A stretch of DNA of 64,000 nt from Polyangiaceae bacterium (GTDB taxonomy: Bacteria; Myxococcota_A; Polyangia; Polyangiales; Polyangiaceae): the NCBI GenBank assembly GCA_044222475.1, contig JBGANF010000003.1:64001-128000 (forward strand). Direction: 5' to 3'. Below the pieces are notes generated by a model that had not been told where the DNA came from, ran no database searches, and worked only from the letters and a program-made list of their open reading frames with translations. Positions 18,932-28,601 of the stretch are shown here, piece by piece (position 1 is the stretch's first letter; each line of letters starts with the position of its first letter). Position numbers and translations under genes: made by a program.

Positions 18932-20215
18932 TCAGAGCCCCGGGAACGTGACCGGCGCGATCGCCGGGAGCGAGCAGTCGTAGGGCTTCGCGTCGAGCGA
19001 CATGATGCCCGGGAGGTCCGGCTTGTTCTTGTCGAGCTTGTCGAGGTGCAGGTTGGCGAACGCCGACCCGCCGTTGTTCTGGATGCAGATCTGCATCGGG
19101 TTCTCGGGGTTGGTGGTGATCTTCGCGTCGACGATCCCGTCGTAGAGGACCTGCGGCACGACCTTGTTGGGGAACGACTCGGTCGCGGTCGCGAGCAGGA
19201 TGCCGATCTGCTTCGTCGCGTCGGGGAGCGTGCCACCCGGACCGTAGGTGTTGTCGTGGATGTGGACCCGCTTCGGGTACGGGTAGTAGTTGGGATCCTT
19301 GATCTCGACGTCGGCGACGTAATAGCTGATCACCGCCGAGTGCACGGTGAGGTTGTCGTCGAAGGCGTTCTGGAACACCTCGACGTTGTCGTTCGCCATG
19401 ACGAAGAAGCCCGTGCCGCGCGGGATCAACCCGACGATGTTGCCGACCGGGGCGAAGTTCTTCGTGTTGTTGCCGTGGATCTTGTTCTTGTAGACGCGCA
19501 CGTCGTGGCCGCCGAGCTGCGGCAGGCCGGGGAGATCGAACACGAGGATCCCGCCGGTGTTGTCGTGCGAATCGTTCTCGTAGACGTCGGCGAAGAACGT
19601 GTTCTCGATCTCGATGCCGGCGACGTTCTCGTACGCCTCGTTGCGCCGGAGGACGGCGTGGTCGGACTGGCCGAGGTAGATGCCGGAGTCGGACGCGCCG
19701 CTGACCTTCGAGTCCTCGATGAGGACGTTCTTCGACTTCACCGGGTACAGACCGTACGGGCCGTGCTCGGACGGCTCGAGCCCGGTCCACGTCGCTTCCA
19801 TCTTGCGGAAGGTGACGCCCGTCGCGCCGAGGACCTTCACCCCGTTGCCGGCCGTGTCCCGCACCGTGAAGCTCTCGAGGACGATGTCCTTCACGCCGTC
19901 GGCGAAGATGCCCTCGGCGCCGGCCTTCTGGCCTTTGAAGTCGAGGATGGTCTTGCCCATCCCCTGCCCCCGCACGGTCACTTTGTTCGCCGCGATGATG
20001 AGCGTGTTCGTCAGCTTGAAGGTGCCCTCACCGAAGAGGATGAGCTGACCGTCCTTCGCGGTCGCGAACGCGTCGGCGATCTTCTGCTCGCTGTCGCTCG
20101 ACGCGAACGACGTGCAGAGGACGCCGGTGGGACAGGTGGGCGCGGGCGGCCCGGACGGAGTCGACGAGCACGCGAACACGGCGACCGGAAGCAAGGCTAG
20201 TCCGAGGAGACGCAT
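18932..20215 (-). CDS. Parallel beta-helix repeat lipoprotein (usual partner of the diheme protein)
   Basis: YGLYPV, GASDSGIYLGQS, NVAGIEIENT, NTGGILVFDLP motifs; lipobox VFAC. Confidence 0.88.
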   Translation of the reverse strand: MRLLGLALLPVAVFACSSTPSGPPAPTCPTGVLCTSFASSDSEQKIADAFATAKDGQLILFGEGTFKLTNTLIIAANKVTVRGQGMGKTILDFKGQKAGAEGIFADGVKDIVLESFTVRDTAGNGVKVLGATGVTFRKMEATWTGLEPSEHGPYGLYPVKSKNVLIEDSKVSGASDSGIYLGQSDHAVLRRNEAYENVAGIEIENTFFADVYENDSHDNTGGILVFDLPGLPQLGGHDVRVYKNKIHGNNTKNFAPVGNIVGLIPRGTGFFVMANDNVEVFQNAFDDNLTVHSAVISYYVADVEIKDPNYYPYPKRVHIHDNTYGPGGTLPDATKQIGILLATATESFPNKVVPQVLYDGIVDAKITTNPENPMQICIQNNGGSAFANLHLDKLDKNKPDLPGIMSLDAKPYDCSLPAIAPVTFPGL

Positions 20216-20649
20216 CCTTGGACTCTACCACGAGCCCGATTCCACGCCGCGCCCACTGCATACGCCGCCGCGATCGCCGCGAGGTCGATGGGGTCGAAGA
20301 CGCCCGGGATCCAGTGAGCGGCCTGGGCCAGCTCGATCGCGACGGCGGCCGCGAAACCGGCGGCCAGCCATGCGCGCGCCGCGCGCGAAGCTCGGTCCTC
20401 GCTCCACACGAGCGCGACCGCCGCGCCGAAAGCGTACGCCCACGCCGCGTCGGGCGCGCTGCCCGACAGCGGACCCGGGATCGACGACGCGAACGCCCGC
20501 GTCACGACCCGCAGCGTGTCGAGCGCGCGCCCGAGCCCGACGGCGTCGACGGCTCGGAAGAGCGCGATGTCGTCGCGGCGGAGCAACAGATAGAAGGTGC
20601 CCCCAAGCAGGATCGGCAGCGCGACGTGGAGGAGCACGCGGCGCTTCAT
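20197..20649 (-). CDS. Small membrane protein (VanZ/DUF2809-like)
   Basis: About four TM helices; 'PDAAWAYAF' and 'IELAQ...PGVFDPIDL'. ATGA overlap with the upstream gene. Confidence 0.6.
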   Translation of the reverse strand: MKRRVLLHVALPILLGGTFYLLLRRDDIALFRAVDAVGLGRALDTLRVVTRAFASSIPGPLSGSAPDAAWAYAFGAAVALVWSEDRASRAARAWLAAGFAAAVAIELAQAAHWIPGVFDPIDLAAIAAAYAVGAAWNRARGRVQGCVSSD

Positions 20650-21377
20650 TTGACCTGCCAGAGCTCCGAAACCCACGCGAGCGCCTTCTTGCCCCCGCTC
20701 ACCTCGATGGGGGCGCCGCTGTACTCGAGGACGATCCAGCGATCGCCGCTCTGCCTCACGTAGGCGGGCACGGTCGAGCGGATGCGCAGCGAGACCGCGG
20801 CGGGCAGCAGCGGGTGGAACCCGTCCGGCGGCGAGACCGATTTCATGAACGACAGCGCGGCGCTCGTCCCGCCCGCGACTCCCTTGCTCACGCGACCGTA
20901 GAGCGCGCCGGCGTCGGCGCCGTCCGCTTCGTCGAAGAACAGGAGCGCGCCCTTGCGGCCGGAGTTCTCGACGACGAGGTACGACCAGTGCGTCTTCCCG
21001 TCGTCGTTTCCGCCGACGCCGTAGGCCTTGCCGAAGAACACGACGCGCTCCTTCGGAAGCGCTGCGGTCTTCGGGAGGGCGCCCGCGTCGAAATCGTCGA
21101 AGACGCGGCAACCGTCCTTCTTGGCCGCCACGCAACCGATGAGCGCGCGGATGCTCCCGACGTCGGGCTCGAGGAGCGCGGCCACCGAGTCGGCGCCGGC
21201 GTCGGTGATGCTCGCGTCGACCGCCGGCCCGCCGGCGTCCCACGGTGCCAACGGCGTTCGATGGGCCGGGCTCGTCGCGGTGTTGAGCGCGAGGAAGAAC
21301 CCGAGGACCGCAGCCGACGCGACGTGCCGTCTCCACCCCTTCGGGTACCACGAAGCGCGGCAGCGCGATGCGATCAC
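20646..21377 (-). CDS. Hypothetical exported protein
   Basis: GTGA overlap with the metB-like stop; hydrophobic N-terminus, DAG linker, CxxxxxxC pair. Confidence 0.6.
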   Translation of the reverse strand: MIASRCRASWYPKGWRRHVASAAVLGFFLALNTATSPAHRTPLAPWDAGGPAVDASITDAGADSVAALLEPDVGSIRALIGCVAAKKDGCRVFDDFDAGALPKTAALPKERVVFFGKAYGVGGNDDGKTHWSYLVVENSGRKGALLFFDEADGADAGALYGRVSKGVAGGTSAALSFMKSVSPPDGFHPLLPAAVSLRIRSTVPAYVRQSGDRWIVLEYSGAPIEVSGGKKALAWVSELWQVK

Positions 21378-22561
21378 GCGAGCGCCTCGCGGAGATCGGC
21401 GATGACGTCGGCTTCCTCTTCCAGCCCGACGGCGAGACGGATCAGGCCGTCTTCGATGCCGGCCTCGCGTCGCTCTTCCGGCGTCATCGCGTAGAAGCTC
21501 ATGACCGCCGGCTGCTCGATCAGCGTCTCGGGACCGCCGAGGCTCGGCGCGATTCGGGCGAGCTTCGCGCGATCGACGACGCGGCGCGCATCGTCGAGGC
21601 CGCCCTTCACCACGAAGCTCACGACGCCACCGAAGCCGCCGTCCATCTGGGTCCGGGCGGTGACGTGGTCGGGGTGCGACTCGAGCCCCGGGTAGTACAC
21701 GCGCTCGACGCGCGGGTGACCTTCGAGCGCCCGCGCCACCGCGAGCGCGGTGGCCGAGTGTTGGCGCATCCGCAGCGCGAGCGTCTTCATGCCGCGACCG
21801 ACGAGGAACGCCGCATGCGGATCGCAGATCCCACCGAGGACGCCGCGGAGATCGCGCACCGGCGACGTGACCGCGGTCGCGCCGCACACCGCACCGGCGA
21901 GCACGTCGTGGTGACCGCCGAGGTACTTCGTGGCCGAGTGCACGACGAGATCGACCCCGAAGCTCGCGGGGCGGCAGTGGATCGGCGTCGCGAACGTCGC
22001 GTCGACCATCGTCCGGACGTCGCGGATGGGCTTGCACGCGGCGGCGAGCGCCGCGAGATCGACACATCGGTTGTACGGGTTCGAAGGTGCTTCGCTGATC
22101 ACCATTCGCGTCTCGGGGCGAAGCGCGGCCTTCATCGCCGCGATGTCCCCCGGTGGGACGAGAGTGGCACCGACGCCGAAGTCGGCGAGGGTGCCGGTGA
22201 CGAACTCGCGCGTCATGCGGTAGCAGTCGCTGAAGAGGACGACGTGGTGCCCTTGCTTCACGTGCGCGAGGATCGCGGTCGTGACTGCGGCCATGCCGCT
22301 CGAGAAGAGGACGGCGTCCTCGGTTTGCTCGAGCGCGGCGAGGCGCACCTCGACGTCGCGGCACGTCGGGTTGCCGTAGCGGCCATACTCCTCGCGATCG
22401 GGCCGTTCGTGGGTGCCGTTCGTGAGCGCGATCACCTCGGCGGAGTCCCGGAAGGTGTACGTCGACGTCTGGACGAGCGGCGCCGGGATCGCATCGAACG
22501 CCTCGTTCGCACGCGCGCCGGCGTGGACGGCGTCGGTCGAGCTGGCGGTGCGCTTTTTCAC
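21374..22561 (-). CDS. metB: PLP-dependent trans-sulfuration enzyme (cystathionine gamma-synthase/lyase family)
   Basis: YGRYGNPT, FSSGMAA, DATFATP, HSATKYLGGH (PLP Lys), APSLGGPETL, IRLAVGLE. Start is GTG 22561 or ATG 22570. Confidence 0.88.
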   Translation of the reverse strand: MKKRTASSTDAVHAGARANEAFDAIPAPLVQTSTYTFRDSAEVIALTNGTHERPDREEYGRYGNPTCRDVEVRLAALEQTEDAVLFSSGMAAVTTAILAHVKQGHHVVLFSDCYRMTREFVTGTLADFGVGATLVPPGDIAAMKAALRPETRMVISEAPSNPYNRCVDLAALAAACKPIRDVRTMVDATFATPIHCRPASFGVDLVVHSATKYLGGHHDVLAGAVCGATAVTSPVRDLRGVLGGICDPHAAFLVGRGMKTLALRMRQHSATALAVARALEGHPRVERVYYPGLESHPDHVTARTQMDGGFGGVVSFVVKGGLDDARRVVDRAKLARIAPSLGGPETLIEQPAVMSFYAMTPEERREAGIEDGLIRLAVGLEEEADVIADLREALA

Positions 22562-22623
22562 GGACCGCATCCTACACCCGGTTTCCCTCTTCCGTGCCGC
22601 GCTCTCCCGGGCGACGATGCGCC

Positions 22624-23352
22624 ATGACCGACGAGAAGACCCTCCGCAAAGACCTCGCCGCCTGCTACCGCCTCGTCGCCCTCCACGGCTGGGACGACCT
22701 CGTGTTCACCCACATCTCGGTCCGAATCCCCGGGCCAGAGCATCACTTCCTCATCAACCCGTACGGGATGCTCTTCGAGGAGATCACCGCGTCGAGCCTG
22801 GTGAAGGTGAACATGAACGGCGAGAAGCTCAGCGAGTCGCCGTTCCCGGTGAACCCGGCGGGGTTCGTGATCCACAGCGCGATCCACATGGCGCGGGAAG
22901 ACATCACCTGCGTGCTGCACACCCACACGCCGGCCGGCGTCGCGGTGTCGGCCCAGAAGGACGGCCTGTTGCCGATCTCCCAGCAGGCGACGGTCGCGCT
23001 CGCGTCGCTCGGCTACCACGACTACGAGGGCATCGCCCTCCGCGACGACGAGAAGCCGCGGCTCGTGAAGGACCTCGGTACCAACATGGGATTCATCTTG
23101 CGCAACCACGGGCTGCTCACCGTCGGCGCGACGGTCGCCGACGCGTTCCTCGGGATGTTCAACCTGCAGCGCGCGTGCGAGATCCAGCTCCTCGCGCAGA
23201 GCGGCGGCAGGGAGCTCGTCCCGGTCGCGGCGCCGATCCTCCAGGGCGTGAAGGCCAACATCGCCGCGGTCACCAAGGGAATGCAGGGAGGACTCGCGTG
23301 GCCGGGGTTGCTCCGCAAGCTCGATCGCGTGAGCCCGGGCTACGCGAGCTGA
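22624..23352 (+). CDS. Class II aldolase/adducin family protein
   Basis: THISVR, FEEITASSLVKV, IHSAIH, HTHT, LRNHGLL. Confidence 0.92.
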   Translation: MTDEKTLRKDLAACYRLVALHGWDDLVFTHISVRIPGPEHHFLINPYGMLFEEITASSLVKVNMNGEKLSESPFPVNPAGFVIHSAIHMAREDITCVLHTHTPAGVAVSAQKDGLLPISQQATVALASLGYHDYEGIALRDDEKPRLVKDLGTNMGFILRNHGLLTVGATVADAFLGMFNLQRACEIQLLAQSGGRELVPVAAPILQGVKANIAAVTKGMQGGLAWPGLLRKLDRVSPGYAS

Positions 23353-23362
23353 GGGAGCCGTC

Positions 23363-23659
23363 ATGTGCCGCAACATCCGCGTGCTTCATCACTTCGAGCC
23401 GCCGACGACGAAAGACGAGATGGCGGCGGCGTCCCTCCAGTACGTCCGCAAGATCTCCGGAACGACGAAGCCGAGCGCGGCCGATCAGGCGGCGTTCGAT
23501 CGCGCCGTCGCCGAGGTCACGGCCGCGACCGAGAAGCTCCTCAAAGTACTCCACGCGAAGGGACCGCCGCGCACGCGCGAGGGAGAGAAGCTCAAGGCGG
23601 TGGCGCGATGGGCCAGCCGCGAGGCGCGGATCAAGGGCACAGCAAGCGGCGGTTCATGA
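23363..23659 (+). CDS. DUF2277 family small protein
   Basis: MCRNIRVLHHFEPP...AASLQYVRKISG signature. Confidence 0.85.
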   Translation: MCRNIRVLHHFEPPTTKDEMAAASLQYVRKISGTTKPSAADQAAFDRAVAEVTAATEKLLKVLHAKGPPRTREGEKLKAVARWASREARIKGTASGGS

Positions 23660-24080
23660 GCACGCCGCGCATCATCGACTCGAACGCCTCGACGTCCTTC
23701 GGAGGCGGCGCGCAGGTGGTGCACGTCGGCGAGAGCCACATCCGGTTCGTGCCGATCCGAAAGGTCGCCTGGGTCGACGCGCTGGACTTGTAGATCAGGT
23801 TCCCCGCGATCGCCTTCTGCACGTCGGCTCTCGCGAACGCGCCCGTCACGTCGGCGCCGCTCCACATGTTGCCGTTGCGCGGCAGGTCGGTCTGGCAGAC
23901 CTTCGGCGGTCCGCCGGGCTGAGGGCGCTCGAGCCGCACCGTCTCGGGCGGGAAGAACTGGAGGCTGTCGCCGCCTTCGACCATCTCGAACGCCGGTGCG
24001 GGGGCAGGCGCCGCCGCGACGTCCGAGACCGCACACACTGCGACGACGGCCAGGAAGACGGTGGCGACGACGGATCGCAT
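23631..24080 (-). CDS. Small secreted hypothetical protein
   Basis: Signal peptide, four Cys in the mature part; TAGACT box 6 nt before the ATG. Confidence 0.65.
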   Translation of the reverse strand: MRSVVATVFLAVVAVCAVSDVAAAPAPAPAFEMVEGGDSLQFFPPETVRLERPQPGGPPKVCQTDLPRNGNMWSGADVTGAFARADVQKAIAGNLIYKSSASTQATFRIGTNRMWLSPTCTTCAPPPKDVEAFESMMRGVLMNRRLLCP

Positions 24081-24134
24081 CTTCGGAGTCTACGCGAGGT
24101 CGCGGAAGATGCTTCCCGCGCGTAGACTGGGCGG

Positions 24135-24986
24135 ATGGCCCGCCGAAGCGTCGTGATCGCGAGCGCGCTGCTCCCCGCGGTCGGCTTCTTTGCCGCCTGC
24201 AGCGACGACGGCGTCGTGACGCCGGTGGAGGCCGGCGTCGACGACGCTCCGCTCGACGTCTTCGCCGACGAGCCCGACGTGGACCAAGGGCCGACGAAAG
24301 CGGTGTGGGTCAACTCGACGGATACGTTGTTCCGGTTCGATCCCGACACGCACGCGCTCACCAAGGTGGCCACTTTCAGCTGCGCAGCCGATCTCGTGTT
24401 CGACATCGCGATCGACGAGGGCGAGCACATGTTCGGCGTCACGTCGCTCGGTCTCGTCGCCATCGATCCGAAGACCGCGGCGTGCACGGCGATCGCCGGC
24501 GGCGTGTATCCCCACGCGATCGCGTTCATCCCCAAGGGACCGCTCGACTTCACCCGCGAGGTACTCGTGGGTTACAGCCTCGCGCAGTACGTCCGCATCG
24601 ACGAGAAGACCGGAGCGATGACGCCGATCGGGAACATCAACCCTTCCGGCACGGGGCCGCAGCTCGTCGTCTCGGGCGACCTCGTGGCCATCACCCCGAC
24701 GCGCATCCAAGTGACGCTCCTCGGCGATCCCGACGGCGGAGACATCCTCGCGAGCGCCGATCCCAAAACGGGACACGCGCTGAAGGTCCTGAAGTCTCTC
24801 GGCGAGCTCGGGGTGACCGGGCTCGGACAGTGGGCGGGCACGACCTACGCGTTCAGCCAGCGCGGCGACGTACTCTCCTACCGAGACGGATCGGTCGCGC
24901 TCGTCCACTCCGAGGGAGACGCCGCGGCGGACGTTCGGCTCAGCTTCAGCGGCGCGGCAGTGACGACGCGCGCGCCGACGCAGTGA
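24135..24986 (+). CDS. Lipoprotein, probable beta-propeller
   Basis: FFAAC lipobox; repeated 'IDPKT/FDPDT/IDEKTG' blade-like motifs; C-terminal GAAVTTRAP. Confidence 0.7.
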   Translation: MARRSVVIASALLPAVGFFAACSDDGVVTPVEAGVDDAPLDVFADEPDVDQGPTKAVWVNSTDTLFRFDPDTHALTKVATFSCAADLVFDIAIDEGEHMFGVTSLGLVAIDPKTAACTAIAGGVYPHAIAFIPKGPLDFTREVLVGYSLAQYVRIDEKTGAMTPIGNINPSGTGPQLVVSGDLVAITPTRIQVTLLGDPDGGDILASADPKTGHALKVLKSLGELGVTGLGQWAGTTYAFSQRGDVLSYRDGSVALVHSEGDAAADVRLSFSGAAVTTRAPTQ

Positions 24987-25049
24987 TGATCGGAGTTCCG
25001 CTTCTCCGTTGGGCCGCGACGGCGTACGCTTTCGATGGCGGGGTGATGC

Positions 25050-28000
25050 ATGAGTTCGACGGGATCGCGAGCCATCGTTTCAGTTTGTCTTTGCGCGGCA
25101 CTCCTCCGTGGAAATGACGTCCGACCCGCCGCCGCGGAGCGCATCACGGTGCCAGTCCGTTCGAGCTTGAACGCGACCATCGCCGGCCTTCCTTTGCGGT
25201 TCGAAGCCAACGCAGGTCAGTGGGACGAGAGCATCCGGTACGTCGCGCGCACGGGGCCGTCGGCCGTCTACCTCACGGACGAGGGAGCGACGTGGATGTT
25301 TCGGTCTCCGAGCTCGGCGTCGACGATCTTGGAGATGAAGGTAGCCGGCGGTCGGCTCGTCACGCCGACGGCCAGCGACGAGCTCGTGACGAGGAGCAAC
25401 TACTTCGTCGGCAATGACCCCTCGCGCTGGCGGACCGACGTCCGCAATTTCGGTCGTGCAACGTATCGGAACGTTCGCGACGGCGTCGACCTCGTCTTTC
25501 ACGGTGACGGAAGCCAACTCGAATACGACTTCATCGTCGCGCCCGGAACGAGCCCGAATGACGTCGCGATGGAAATCGAGGGTGCCGAAGGCCTGTCGCT
25601 CGCGCCGAGTGGCTCGTTGATCATCCACACGGTGGCAGGCGACCTGGAGGAGCCGCCTCCCCACATCTATCAAGTGCTCGCCGACGGTGGACGAGAGGTC
25701 GTCTCGGGAACGTATCGCCTCCAAGGCACGCGCCTCGCGTTCGACGTCGGTCCGTACGACCGCGACCGTGCACTCGTCATCGATCCCATCGTCGCGCTGT
25801 ATTCCACCTACCTCGGTGGCAGCGGCGAGGATGAGGCCTACGGTGTGGCACTCGACGGGAGTGGTAGTGCGTACATCGCGGGTCAAGCGACCGGAACGTT
25901 TCCGACGAAGAACCCTCTGCAAGGCGCGTTGGGCGGTGTCTTCGACGCCTTCGTCGCCAAGCTGAACCCTGCTGGCTCGGCGCTCGTCTACGCGACCTAC
26001 CTCGGCGGCAGCGCCGAGGAGTCGGCCTTCGGGATCGCGGTCGACAGTGGAGGCAACGCCTACGTCGTTGGCAGTACGGCGTCGGCCAACTTCCCGACGC
26101 AAGGGACGCTACAAGGCTACGCCGGAAACACGGACGCGTTCGTCGCGAAGCTCAACGCCGCCGGCTCGGCGCTCGTCTATTCGACATACGTCGGCGGAGC
26201 GTTGGACGAGCGTCCCCGCGCCGTGTGCGTCGACTCGACCGGCAACCTATACGCAGTCGGTGAGACGACCTCCGCCAACTTTCCCACCGTCGCCGCGCAA
26301 CAAGCCTCGTACGCCGGGACTACGGATGCATTCGTCTTCAAGCTGAACTCGTCGGGGTCGGCGTTCGTGTACTCCACCTTCCTCGGCGGAAACTCGGGAG
26401 ACTACGGTTTGGGGATCGCCAGCGACGGCGCTGGCAACGCGTACGCCATCGGCTCCACCTATTCGCCTAATTTTCCGACCAAGAACCCACTGAAAGGCAG
26501 CCTCGGCGGGGCTGAAGACGCGTTCATCACGAAGCTCGACGCAGCCGGCGCAACGGTCTTCTCGACGTACTTCGGTGGCTCGTCGAGCGACGCGGGGACA
26601 GCAATCGCGTTGGGCGGGAGCGGCAAGCTGTTCGTCACCGGTATCACCTCCTCCGCCGACTTCCCCGTTCAGAATGCGTACCAGTCCTCGATCGCGTCCA
26701 TTCCCGACGCGTACGTCGCAAGCCTCAACGCAACGGGATCCGCGATCCTCTATTCGACGTTTCTGGGCGGTGCCGGCGACGATTACGCGACGACCATCGC
26801 CGCGGATGCGAACGACAATGCATTCGTCGCGGGCTGGACAGGGGCGAACGATTTCCCCACCTCGAACGCGTTCCAGACCTCCAAAAGTGGACTCGACGCT
26901 GGCTTCGTGGCGAGGTTCAGTGCATCGGGTTCCGTCTGGTGGTCGACCTACCTCGGCGGCAACGTCTATAGCCACCCGAGAGGAATCGTCACCGACGGGA
27001 ACCGCAACGCCTACGTCGCTGGAGGCACGAGCTCGACCGACTTCCCGACGAAGACGCCCATCCAGGGGGTCAAGAGTGGGGGTTTCGACGCCTTCGTGAC
27101 GAAGCTGGGCTGGCCCGCTCTCGTGATCGGGCCATCCTTCCCCACGGTGCCACCCAAGTCGTCGAAGACGTTCATCGCCAGCGGCGGGAGCGGCGTCGGC
27201 TACACCTATGCGCTCTCGGTCAACGCGAGCGGCGCCACCATCAACCCTTCCACCGGCGTGTACGTGGCAGGCTCCACGCCGAGCGTCACGGATACGGTTC
27301 TCGTCACCGATTCCGACACCGACACGGTCTCCACCCCCGTCTTCGTCGGGCCTGGCGTGAGCGTGCTGCCAGCGAACCCGACGCCAGCTCCAAAAGGAAC
27401 GATCGGATTCTCGGCGACGGGGGGCTCCGGCGTGGGATGGGTGTGGTCTCTCACCAGCAACAACTCGGGAGCGACGATCAACGCGAGCAGTGGCGTCTAC
27501 ACCGCCGGCGCCACGCCGAGCGTCACCGACACGGTCCACGTCAGCGACTCACTCGGCAACGTGGCCAACGTCAACGTCAGCGTAGGTCCGGGAGTAAGCA
27601 TCTCCCCAGCGAGCCCTGCGGTGCCTCCCAAGGGCGCCGTCGCGTTCACCGCGACGGGTGGAAACGCGTTCGGATGGAAGTGGACGGTCACCACGAACAA
27701 CTCGGGTGCGACGATTGGGCTCACCAGTGGCGCCTACGTTGCGGGCGCCGTCGGAAACGTCGTCGACAAGGTGCAGGTCACCGACAGTCTCGGTAACGCC
27801 GCGACCGTCAACGTTTCGGTGGGCGGCGGCCTCGCCATCAACCCGGCGGGGCCGAGCACACCGACGAAAGGCTCGATCGCCTTCACCGCGATCGGCGGCA
27901 GCGGTGTGGCGTACGCCTGGTCACTTTCGACGAATGCGTCCGGCGGCACGATCAACGTAGCGAGCGGCCAATATGTGGCGGGCTCGACAGGAGGGGTGAC

Positions 28001-28601
28001 CGACTCGGTGACGGTCGTGGATTCGCTCGCCAACGCCGCGACCGTGAGCGTGACCGTTGGGCCGACTCTGACGGTCACGCCGAGCTCTGCCACCGTTCTA
28101 CCCGGCGACAGCGTCGCCTTCTCGGCCTCGGGCGGCAGCGGCAACGCGTACGCATGGGCGTTCCTCTCCAACGCAAGCGCCGGAAGTCTCGATCCCAATA
28201 CCGGCGCGTACGTCGCCGGAACCACCGCGAGCGTGACCGATTCGATCCAGGTCGCCGACTCGCTCGGCAACACTGCAACCGCATCCATCAAGGTCAAGAG
28301 CACGATCGCCGATGCCGGCGTCGGAGACGGCAGCGTCATCGAACCCGACGCAGGAACAACCGTCGACGCCGGCGCGGGAGGCCCGCCATCCAGCGAAGGG
28401 TGCGGCTGCACGGTGCCCGGCGAGATGCGCGGGTCGGGAGGCTACGCGATGCTCGTCGCGATCGTCGTGTTCGTCGGTGTGCGGGCACGCCGCCGCCCTA
28501 CTTCGACCGCACCTCGGCGCCCCACCAGTGGTGACCCGCGCTCGACTGCGAATGGATCACGTACGGCGCGACGCTCTTCGAGGGCTGCGATTTCAGGGTG
28601 A
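25050..28601 (+). CDS. SBBP beta-propeller + five Ig-like repeats surface protein with MYXO-CTERM-like tail
   Basis: FEANAGQWD, SNYFVGNDPSRW, LEYDFIVAPG, LVIDP; repeated YSTYLGGS...DAFVAKL; five repeats of about 79 aa; GCGC + TM + RRR. Confidence 0.88.
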   Translation: MSSTGSRAIVSVCLCAALLRGNDVRPAAAERITVPVRSSLNATIAGLPLRFEANAGQWDESIRYVARTGPSAVYLTDEGATWMFRSPSSASTILEMKVAGGRLVTPTASDELVTRSNYFVGNDPSRWRTDVRNFGRATYRNVRDGVDLVFHGDGSQLEYDFIVAPGTSPNDVAMEIEGAEGLSLAPSGSLIIHTVAGDLEEPPPHIYQVLADGGREVVSGTYRLQGTRLAFDVGPYDRDRALVIDPIVALYSTYLGGSGEDEAYGVALDGSGSAYIAGQATGTFPTKNPLQGALGGVFDAFVAKLNPAGSALVYATYLGGSAEESAFGIAVDSGGNAYVVGSTASANFPTQGTLQGYAGNTDAFVAKLNAAGSALVYSTYVGGALDERPRAVCVDSTGNLYAVGETTSANFPTVAAQQASYAGTTDAFVFKLNSSGSAFVYSTFLGGNSGDYGLGIASDGAGNAYAIGSTYSPNFPTKNPLKGSLGGAEDAFITKLDAAGATVFSTYFGGSSSDAGTAIALGGSGKLFVTGITSSADFPVQNAYQSSIASIPDAYVASLNATGSAILYSTFLGGAGDDYATTIAADANDNAFVAGWTGANDFPTSNAFQTSKSGLDAGFVARFSASGSVWWSTYLGGNVYSHPRGIVTDGNRNAYVAGGTSSTDFPTKTPIQGVKSGGFDAFVTKLGWPALVIGPSFPTVPPKSSKTFIASGGSGVGYTYALSVNASGATINPSTGVYVAGSTPSVTDTVLVTDSDTDTVSTPVFVGPGVSVLPANPTPAPKGTIGFSATGGSGVGWVWSLTSNNSGATINASSGVYTAGATPSVTDTVHVSDSLGNVANVNVSVGPGVSISPASPAVPPKGAVAFTATGGNAFGWKWTVTTNNSGATIGLTSGAYVAGAVGNVVDKVQVTDSLGNAATVNVSVGGGLAINPAGPSTPTKGSIAFTAIGGSGVAYAWSLSTNASGGTINVASGQYVAGSTGGVTDSVTVVDSLANAATVSVTVGPTLTVTPSSATVLPGDSVAFSASGGSGNAYAWAFLSNASAGSLDPNTGAYVAGTTASVTDSIQVADSLGNTATASIKVKSTIADAGVGDGSVIEPDAGTTVDAGAGGPPSSEGCGCTVPGEMRGSGGYAMLVAIVVFVGVRARRRPTSTAPRRPTSGDPRSTANGSRTARRSSRAAISG

